Shown here: positions 56,653 through 64,000 of the stretch, one piece after another
How positions within the stretch are numbered: position 1 is the first letter of the stretch
How the letters are laid out: each line of letters begins with the position of its first letter
Program-made: the position numbers and the translations under genes
From: Candidatus Micrarchaeota archaeon
Lineage (GTDB): Archaea > Iainarchaeota > Iainarchaeia > Iainarchaeales > JAGVWC01
Direction of reading: 5' to 3'
Assembly (NCBI GenBank): GCA_043803815.1
Contig: JAZDJR010000014.1
Span: 1-64,000, forward strand
DNA: 64,000 nt
Notes under the pieces: generated by a model
Told to the model about the DNA's origin: nothing
The model's input: only the letters and a program-made list of their open reading frames with translations
Database searches by the model: none

Positions 56653-59097
56653 TTATTGGAATGCCCCAAGCCCGGTTTGTTTTCCCCCGTGAATCAGGTC
56701 TTCTTTTTTCACTCCAAGTTCGCTTAAGATTTTGATGACCGCGGGAATTACCTGGTTTTCGATGTAATAGTCCGCGTCGTAGTTTCCTTCACTGACGAAT
56801 TCTTCCAGGTTGGCTTTGTCGGAAATCGTTTTTCCGTTTTTGGTGATGATATAGCCTAAGACCGAGCCGACTTCGATTTGTTTTCCTTTTTCCATTGCGC
56901 GCTTGGCGGCTTCAATGTGCGGCTCTTTGGCGTCGTACTGGTCCACGGGTTTTACCAGCTGCGTCAGCACGACCAGTTCTTTTTTCGGGACTTTGCCGGA
57001 TTTGAGCTCTAAAATGGCCTGCTTGGCAATGGCAATGGCTTTGTCGGAATTTCCGTCTTTGAGCAATGCCTCGATGACTTTTTTTTGGGTTTGCTTGGCA
57101 ATGTTGCTCCAGTCGCGGCGGACATATTCAAACCCCACGATTTTGAGGTTATCCTTGTAATCCATCAAGGCATAGCGTTTTTTGGCGGCCTGGCCTTCTT
57201 TTTTCGCGACAAAAATTGCTCGCTTGTAAAAACCCTCTAGTTCCAATTCCATCGATTCCGGCAATTCGGAATTAATTTTTTTAACAAAATTTTTTACATC
57301 CTCTTGGGTTTTGGAAGAGGAAACTTTGATGAAGCATCCGTCGGTGTCCCCGTATAAAACCGCGAATCCGCTGCTTTCCGCCTTGTGCATGACTTCGCGG
57401 ATATAATGCCTGCTCCAGGACGTAATCGCGCGGGCGCATTCGCGCGAATACCAGCGAAAGCGCGCAAAGCCAAGGGTTCCGTAAAACGAATTCAGAATGA
57501 TTTTTAAGGCCCATTGGCGGGCAAACACCATCGGGTATTCGGAGTCTTTTTTGTCGAGTAATTGCGAGCGTTTTTTGTATTCCGAGCGCTTTTTGAGCAG
57601 GTCCGAAACGATTGAAACGATAAATCCGGATTTTTTTTCGCAGAACCAGTCCTGGTCGGGAGAAACGTTTTTTCCTTTGGCACAAGACTCGTGGTCGCAC
57701 TTTAGGGTGTCGGGCGAGATGTTGTGCGCGATAATGATGCTTGGGTGAAGGGAGCGAAAGTCGAGCACCGCGATGTTCTCGTGCAATCCCGCAATGGGCT
57801 CTTTGACAAAGCCGCCGATGTACGTGGACAGCATGCGCTGCTTGACAACGGTTTCGGACGGCTTGTTTGGGGAAAGCGTCTGGGTTTCGCTTGATTTGAT
57901 AAACAGCAATTGCTCGACCAATTGGGACGCGCTCGTGCGCGACAAGTCAAACAGGTTAAAGCGCACCAAACGGCAAAACTCGACCATTAGCGGCCAGTAT
58001 TGTTCCACGATTTTTAAGGTGTACGCGGAGTCTTCCAGGTTATAGGTGAACAGTTCGTCAAGCCCTTTTTCCGAGTCCCAGATTTGGTTGATTTCGTGGG
58101 CTTTTATTTTTGTTTTATCGGCTTTGAACAGGGCATTGGCAACGGATTCCAGGTCAAACTTGACCAGGCTGACTACTCCAAGGCGCGAAAGCAAAAGCAA
58201 TAACTGATAGGCGTCCACGTGCTGGATTCCTTTTAACCGCACCGCGTTGTCCGTTCCTTTGCGCTTGGTAATCGGTTCGGAATTTTCAAACCCCATGGGA
58301 GAACGGATATTGTAGTATTTGGCGCGCTTGGTCAGGTAGGGAAAATCGAACGAGTCGCCGTTATACGTGACAATGATGTCCAAATCCAGTTTTGAAAGCG
58401 CTTCAAAAAAACCCAAAATCATTTCTTTTTCATTTTCAAATATGCGCGCATTTTTGTTTTTTTTCCACTGGGCTTTGGTAGAAAACACAAGGGTTTCTTT
58501 TTGCGAAACCAAACTAATCATCAAAATAGGGTCTTTTTCAGGCTGGGAAAATCGCCCCGGAGAATACGTTTCAAGGTCAAAGGAAGCCATGGAAAGCGTC
58601 GGCATTTCCTGAATTTTGGACTGAAAAATTTTTTGAATCCATTTTGTTTTTTCTTTTCTTTTTTCCTCGTATTCGATTTCAACCGCGCTGGTCGGCGACA
58701 ATCCGCGGTCAATCAGGTAACGCTTGAAAAACGGAATGTCGTACTCGGCGGTTTTGAGTTCGTTCCAGTTGTGCAGTTCATTTCGCGTTTCCACTAATTC
58801 GCCGGTGTTTTTGAATTCCAATCGCAAGGCGTTTTCCGCGTTGGTTTTTTTTTCTTTTGAAATTGACTGGATGCGGACCCTTGTTTCTCCGAAGGTTGCG
58901 TTTTTGAGTTTTTCAACCAGTTTTTCAGGGTCTATTTTTTCGGTTTGCACGGGAACAACGTAAAAATACGGGGCAAAATCGGGAACCAAAAACCGTTCCA
59001 ATCCGTTTTTGGTGCGGACAAACAATTCGATTCGCGAAACATTGTCCGAACCCGTTACGTAATCCGCGTCCAGTAATACTCCGGTTGTTTTGGGCAT
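56653..59097 (-). CDS. polB: Family B DNA polymerase
   Basis: Exonuclease FDLET and YNGDSFD; polymerase DFRSLHPSII, KIILNSFYG, YGDTDG, KKRY; no intein. Confidence 0.96.
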   Translation of the reverse strand: MPKTTGVLLDADYVTGSDNVSRIELFVRTKNGLERFLVPDFAPYFYVVPVQTEKIDPEKLVEKLKNATFGETRVRIQSISKEKKTNAENALRLEFKNTGELVETRNELHNWNELKTAEYDIPFFKRYLIDRGLSPTSAVEIEYEEKRKEKTKWIQKIFQSKIQEMPTLSMASFDLETYSPGRFSQPEKDPILMISLVSQKETLVFSTKAQWKKNKNARIFENEKEMILGFFEALSKLDLDIIVTYNGDSFDFPYLTKRAKYYNIRSPMGFENSEPITKRKGTDNAVRLKGIQHVDAYQLLLLLSRLGVVSLVKFDLESVANALFKADKTKIKAHEINQIWDSEKGLDELFTYNLEDSAYTLKIVEQYWPLMVEFCRLVRFNLFDLSRTSASQLVEQLLFIKSSETQTLSPNKPSETVVKQRMLSTYIGGFVKEPIAGLHENIAVLDFRSLHPSIIIAHNISPDTLKCDHESCAKGKNVSPDQDWFCEKKSGFIVSIVSDLLKKRSEYKKRSQLLDKKDSEYPMVFARQWALKIILNSFYGTLGFARFRWYSRECARAITSWSRHYIREVMHKAESSGFAVLYGDTDGCFIKVSSSKTQEDVKNFVKKINSELPESMELELEGFYKRAIFVAKKEGQAAKKRYALMDYKDNLKIVGFEYVRRDWSNIAKQTQKKVIEALLKDGNSDKAIAIAKQAILELKSGKVPKKELVVLTQLVKPVDQYDAKEPHIEAAKRAMEKGKQIEVGSVLGYIITKNGKTISDKANLEEFVSEGNYDADYYIENQVIPAVIKILSELGVKKEDLIHGGKQTGLGAFQ

Positions 59098-59366
59098 AAA
59101 TGCTCTTTTTGTAATAAGGCAAGATTCCTTATTTAAGGGCAATAGGGCTCTTGGGGGTTGCCGGGTTTGGATTGGGTTGTTCCGCGAGGAAACGGTATAC
59201 CGGAATCGTGCAGTCCATGAATTCAAGTGAAAATGGGCTTTTCACCAAAGATTCAGTTCCACGAGGGCTTCATGAATACTCGCCATGTCCAAACAACCCC
59301 AAATCGATTATACGTTAATTATAATTAACACAGATTTATCTAGTTTGGGCTTTTTTAGCCGAGGCG

Positions 59367-62300
59367 TTACGGTGCCGTGTTCCCCTGTTCGTCGGTTTTG
59401 AGTATCCAAAAGTCGGTGTTGTTGCTTGTAATAGATTTTTGGCTGGCTATGATGTATCCGTTGTCATTGGTGTTTTGGACGCTCATGCCGTAGTCCGTAT
59501 AACTTCCGCCGTAGTTTTTGTTCCAATCCATGTTTCCGAGGGAATTGGTTTTAATGAGCCATAAGTCGGTTCCGTTTCCGCTTTTTTGGCCGGTTAGGAT
59601 GTATCCGTTGTCGGGGGTTTGTTGGACAAAGTAGGCTCGGTTGTCTCCGCTGGTTCCGAATGTTTTCTGCCATTGTTGGTTTCCGGTTGAGTCGGTTTTG
59701 ATTAGCCATGCAGCCCCCTGTCCGCCGCCTAATCCGAATACCGCTGCGAGAACGTAACCGCCGTCGGTTGTGGTGTCAACGGAGTACGCGATTTCGCTCA
59801 TGCTTGTGGTTCCGAATGTTTTTTCCCATTGGAAAACGCCTTGTAAATTGATTTTTACGAGCCAGGCATCAACCATATTTTGGGTGGTGTCGCCTGAAAT
59901 AATGTATCCGTTTGGGGTTGCCTTGATTTGGGTTCCTTCGTTATCCCCGCTTCGGCTTAGGCGCAATGCAAAAGTATGGTTGTTGGTGTCGGTGCAGTTT
60001 CCGGTTGTTCCATAGTTGCACGTGTTTCCTTGGGAATTGGTTTTGATTATCCATAAGTCAGAGCCTTGGCTTCCGAATGATTTGGTGAATCCTGCCAGGA
60101 TGTATCCTCCGTCGCTGGTTTTTTGGATTGATTTGAATCGGTCGTCGCCTGTTCCGCCGAATGTTTTTTGCCATTGTTGGTTTCCAAATGAATCGGTTTT
60201 GACGAGCCATGCGTCGAAGTTTCCTGCTCCGCTGGATTTGGTGTAGCCTGCCAATAAGTATCCGTTGTCATTGGTTTGTACGAGTTCTTCCGCGTAATCA
60301 TATTGGGTTCCGCCGAATGTTTTGTTCCAGTCCATGGTTCCGTTTGGTTGCAGTTTGATTAGCCAGGCGTCCACGTCAGCGTCGTTCGGTTGGGTGGTTC
60401 CAATCGCAATGTATCCAAAGTCGGCTGTTTGTTGGGCGAAATATGCCCTGTCCGGTTTTGAACCGCCAAAGGTTACATTGAATGTTGGCGTTGGTGGTGC
60501 TTGGGTTTCTTCGCAGTCGTAACAGCCGGTTAATTGTTTGTCGTGGTGGAAGCGCGGCCACTGCTGGTTTTCTGAAACAAAGGGAGAATCCGTGTCCCAG
60601 ACATATAGCGAACCGCGGAATTTGTCCATGTGGGTTTGAGGGTTATAATCCCAGTTCGAACTGGCGGCGATTTCCACTTTCGAATCGCGGTCCAAGTCGA
60701 CGATGACTGCCGGTGCTTGCGCGTCGACATCGGTAAACAAGGGAAACCCATCAAGTGTTTCGCCGGTGAATGTCCAACCGTAGACTCCTCCGCCTCCAAA
60801 AGTCCAACTGCCCGCGGTGGTGGCCAAGGCCTTATTTCCTTGGTTAAGGCTTCCAACTACGGGGGAGTAATAGTCCCTCCAAGAAGTGTATTTGGGCCAG
60901 CCGGGTAGGGTTTCGCCGTTCGAGTTGAAAATATGCGTATATTGGGAAAGGTTGCTTGCGACGATTTCCAAATGGCGGTCCCCATCGAGGTCAAACAATG
61001 CTGGAGTGGACTGGTATTTTTTTCCCATTTGTTGTGGCCATCCCGGCAGTTCCTGGCCTTGGCGGTTGAAAGCATGGATTCCCCCGAATTGGTTGTCGGG
61101 GAAAGTGTCGGAATTGTACAAGAGTCCGATGATGATTTCCTGCATTCCGTCGTTTTGCAAATCGCCAACTACAGGAGAGGAAAGCGCGAATCCCGGCAGG
61201 GTTATAGGCCAGCCGTTCACAGGAGTTCCATTGCGGTTGTAGACTCCCAGTATTCCGTTGTTTACCCATTGCTGACCGTCGAAGAAGCTGTCCGCAGTAC
61301 TCACCACGATTTCGAGGTCGGGATCGTCATCAAAATTTCCCATGGCGGGAACCCCGCTTATGCTGCCAAACAAATTGGAATGTGGTAAACCCCATTGGGA
61401 AAGAATGGTTCCAGTGGAGGAAAGTACAGTGACCAGTTCATTGCCGTAAGGATTTAAATTTCCCTTGACGATTATTTCGATACTTCCGTCGCGGTCCAAA
61501 TCCGCGGCTGCAAGGTTGTTCTTATAATCAAAGGGCAAAGTCATTGGCCAGCCATTGACCAACGTACCGTCGCTGTTGAAAGCGAAGATTTTGGAATACG
61601 CTTGCTCGGGTTGTATATAATCGTCATAATAGTCACCGACCACGAGTTCATCCAAGCCGTCGTTATCCAAATCGATTAGGAGCGGGTGTTGGAGATTGCT
61701 GCCCTGGCCATCATTGGTTCCCACAGAGATGACGGAAAGTAACGTGCCGCTTTCATTGAAAATTTTGATTTTTGGGGGGTGTCCACCTGTGTAAACGGCG
61801 TATTCCAAATTGGCATCGCCGGTCACATTGCCGATGACTGGTTCTATTAACCCCGGCCAAATCGGGTAGGTTTCACCCCAGTCGGTAAATATTTCATTTG
61901 GAATATGGACCGGCCAATTGTTTTTGAGGGCGGGGTCGCTATACAAATAGTCCAGTTGGAGGGAATCGGTTAACCCGGGCACGAAAGTGATGAGGGCACG
62001 GATTTTGACTGTTCCTTTTTCGGTCATGAATCCGGGGGCAATGGTGGCCGAAAGGTTGGCGGGGTTGGTGGTTACGCTCTGCGAGGTCCAATCGGAGGGA
62101 GGTACTTGGTATTGCACGACGAAGTTTTGGATTTCGAGGTTGTTGGTGTTTTCGATGGCTATTTGTGTTGTCTTGTTGGGGTTTAGGATGTCCCCTTCCA
62201 TCGGTTCGATGAATTGGAAGCGCTCGATTTTGAAAATTCCATAATCGTTGAAGGAATTGTTGCTATCTTCGATGGCCTGCAGTCGCAACAAATATCGACC

Positions 62301-64000
62301 TTGGGGCAGTGTGAGCGTGGAAAAATTTTCCATGAGAATACCGTTGGATGGGATTTGGGTGGATTCGGTTATGGTGTCCCAGTCGCTTTCCGAATATTCA
62401 TTGAGATTTTTTTCGATGGCGATAGCCAGCGTATAGCGGGTGAAATCCGTGCCGGCAATCCGACCGGTGATATTGAACGTGTTTTGGTCTTGGGGCAGGG
62501 GGTCGAGCTGAACCTCAAGGGCTTTTTGTAGCCGGACGGCTTGCAAGGCATTTACAAGGCCGGTTCCTTGGGAGGTTATTTTTTCGGAAGCCGGCAGTAG
62601 TTCCGCGGTTTTTTTAATCGCGGTTTTGACTTGCAAAGGCGACCAACCAGGATGCGCCTGTTTTACGAGTGCTGCAAGGCCTGCTGTGTGCGGAGTTGCC
62701 ATCGAGGTTCCGGAAATCGCGACGTGCTGGTCATCCAAGCATTCATTGCTTGACCAAGCGTTGTCCCATTGGGCAGCGCAAATCGAAACTCCCGGAGCCA
62801 CAATATCGGGTTTTACAAGGGAAACTGTTTCGTTGTTTTCGTTGGTCCAAATGACTGGTCCGCGTGAACTGAAATAGGCCATGTTTTTTTGTTTGTCAAC
62901 CGCGCCAACCGTAATGGCGTTTCTTGCGGTTCCAGGGGAACCAATAGTTTGTTCGCTGGAGCCTGAATTGCCCGCCGCGATTGCGGCAATAACTCCCGCA
63001 TTGACTGCGTTGTCAATCGCTTGGCTTAATTCGTCGTCCGGGTTTCCCTCTCCGCCCAGGCTCAAATTGATTACATCCAAATGGTCGCTTGTATCCCCAT
63101 TCTGGTTGGGGTCTGTGCTGTATTCAATGCCATTGAGGATTGCCGAGTAGGGGCAGCTTCCATATGAATCGCATACCTTGTAGGAATATATTGTGGCTTC
63201 TGGTGCTACTCCTTTTAGTGTTCCGTTTCCGGCTGCGGTTGCGGCTACGTGGGTTCCGTGGCCCATGTCATCCATGGGGTCTAAATCATTATTGACAAAA
63301 TCGTATCCTCCGATTACTTTGCATCCGGTTCCAAAGCAGCCGCCTAAATCGGGGTGGGTGTAGTCTACTCCGGTGTCGATGATTCCGATTTTGATTCCTT
63401 GTCCGGTCAAGCAGTCGTTGGTTCGAATTGTATTTCTGGGGCAGGCTGTGGCGGGAATTGGTTTGGATGGCAATATGCTGTTGCCGGTTAAGGGGGATTG
63501 GTTTTCGGTTTCTGAAATCCCGGTCGGTGTATTGGATGAGTTTTCGGTCGGTATTTTGGTTGGAATGCATTTGGTGCTGCAGGTTTGTCCTTGGGCGTTT
63601 ATTTTCCACACGTCATCCGCGTGGATGAGGGGAACCGAGTCCATGAGGTTGGTGTGGGCAATGTAGTTGGGGGATATTTTGAAAGAATTATTTTTGACAA
63701 ATTCCAATTGTTCTTTTGGGATTTTGACGGCAAACCCGTTGAACACGAGTTTGTACGAGTTTTTGATTTGTACTCCCGCGTATTGGGTTAGGGTTTGGCG
63801 TGCTTGGTTTTGCTGGGTTTCGAGTACCTGTTTGTAAGCGGTTAATTCGCTTGTGATTTGTTCGGACGTTGCCTTGTTTTTTTCAAGTTCAATTTTTTTT
63901 TCAATGATTGATGGGCCTAGCGTGATAATGTATTCGTTTGGAACAACGCTCGCGAGTTTGTCGGTTTTTTGGGTAATTATTTCGCCGGCTTCGACGGTTT
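59367..64000 (-). CDS. S8 subtilisin-like protease with I9 propeptide, FG-GAP-like and beta-propeller repeats (5' end outside window)
   Basis: IIDTG, HGTHVA and GTSMATP triad; DLDxDGxxEI/GWP repeats; WxKTFGG repeats; frame open to the window edge. Confidence 0.92.
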   Translation of the reverse strand, partial: TVEAGEIITQKTDKLASVVPNEYIITLGPSIIEKKIELEKNKATSEQITSELTAYKQVLETQQNQARQTLTQYAGVQIKNSYKLVFNGFAVKIPKEQLEFVKNNSFKISPNYIAHTNLMDSVPLIHADDVWKINAQGQTCSTKCIPTKIPTENSSNTPTGISETENQSPLTGNSILPSKPIPATACPRNTIRTNDCLTGQGIKIGIIDTGVDYTHPDLGGCFGTGCKVIGGYDFVNNDLDPMDDMGHGTHVAATAAGNGTLKGVAPEATIYSYKVCDSYGSCPYSAILNGIEYSTDPNQNGDTSDHLDVINLSLGGEGNPDDELSQAIDNAVNAGVIAAIAAGNSGSSEQTIGSPGTARNAITVGAVDKQKNMAYFSSRGPVIWTNENNETVSLVKPDIVAPGVSICAAQWDNAWSSNECLDDQHVAISGTSMATPHTAGLAALVKQAHPGWSPLQVKTAIKKTAELLPASEKITSQGTGLVNALQAVRLQKALEVQLDPLPQDQNTFNITGRIAGTDFTRYTLAIAIEKNLNEYSESDWDTITESTQIPSNGILMENFSTLTLPQGRYLLRLQAIEDSNNSFNDYGIFKIERFQFIEPMEGDILNPNKTTQIAIENTNNLEIQNFVVQYQVPPSDWTSQSVTTNPANLSATIAPGFMTEKGTVKIRALITFVPGLTDSLQLDYLYSDPALKNNWPVHIPNEIFTDWGETYPIWPGLIEPVIGNVTGDANLEYAVYTGGHPPKIKIFNESGTLLSVISVGTNDGQGSNLQHPLLIDLDNDGLDELVVGDYYDDYIQPEQAYSKIFAFNSDGTLVNGWPMTLPFDYKNNLAAADLDRDGSIEIIVKGNLNPYGNELVTVLSSTGTILSQWGLPHSNLFGSISGVPAMGNFDDDPDLEIVVSTADSFFDGQQWVNNGILGVYNRNGTPVNGWPITLPGFALSSPVVGDLQNDGMQEIIIGLLYNSDTFPDNQFGGIHAFNRQGQELPGWPQQMGKKYQSTPALFDLDGDRHLEIVASNLSQYTHIFNSNGETLPGWPKYTSWRDYYSPVVGSLNQGNKALATTAGSWTFGGGGVYGWTFTGETLDGFPLFTDVDAQAPAVIVDLDRDSKVEIAASSNWDYNPQTHMDKFRGSLYVWDTDSPFVSENQQWPRFHHDKQLTGCYDCEETQAPPTPTFNVTFGGSKPDRAYFAQQTADFGYIAIGTTQPNDADVDAWLIKLQPNGTMDWNKTFGGTQYDYAEELVQTNDNGYLLAGYTKSSGAGNFDAWLVKTDSFGNQQWQKTFGGTGDDRFKSIQKTSDGGYILAGFTKSFGSQGSDLWIIKTNSQGNTCNYGTTGNCTDTNNHTFALRLSRSGDNEGTQIKATPNGYIISGDTTQNMVDAWLVKINLQGVFQWEKTFGTTSMSEIAYSVDTTTDGGYVLAAVFGLGGGQGAAWLIKTDSTGNQQWQKTFGTSGDNRAYFVQQTPDNGYILTGQKSGNGTDLWLIKTNSLGNMDWNKNYGGSYTDYGMSVQNTNDNGYIIASQKSITSNNTDFWILKTDEQGNTAP

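Noticed and set aside
59130-59290. Possible small gene remnant between polB and the S8 protease
   Set aside because: Only short broken frames with no recognisable motif.
1-64000. CRISPR array, rRNA, integrase/transposase or DGR reverse transcriptase
   Set aside because: No regularly spaced repeats, rRNA signatures, recombinase or RT motifs seen.

Overview
64-kb chromosomal segment of an archaeon. Evidence: bulge-helix-bulge (BHB) tRNA introns at 37/38, C1-G72 tRNA-Tyr, type II Map, archaeal PolB, bipartite LplAB. A DPANN, Diapherotrites-like origin is inferred, not verified. Contents: (1) a 16.6-kb cluster of three giant paralogous surface proteins (3100, 1018, 1344 aa), the two smaller ones together forming a split copy of the largest; (2) a lipoate/2-oxoacid dehydrogenase cluster (lplB, lplA, E3, E2, E1b, E1a, lipA) interrupted by hicBA and a 1384-aa secreted protein; (3) housekeeping genes (DEAD helicase, SSB, serS, hisS, map, polB, csaA) mixed with toxin-antitoxin modules; (4) nine tRNA genes, four with BHB introns (168, 107, 82, 21 nt); (5) a 5'-truncated multidomain S8 protease. 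The most unusual signals are tRNA-linked. A repeated ~33-nt hairpin with perfect compensatory changes lies next to or inside several tRNA genes. Three introns are long and multi-branched. Two free-standing LAGLIDADG genes converge on near-identical tRNA 3' ends. A eukaryote-like cyclic phosphodiesterase lies directly upstream of an intron-containing tRNA. All family calls are motif recognition by eye; no searches were run.
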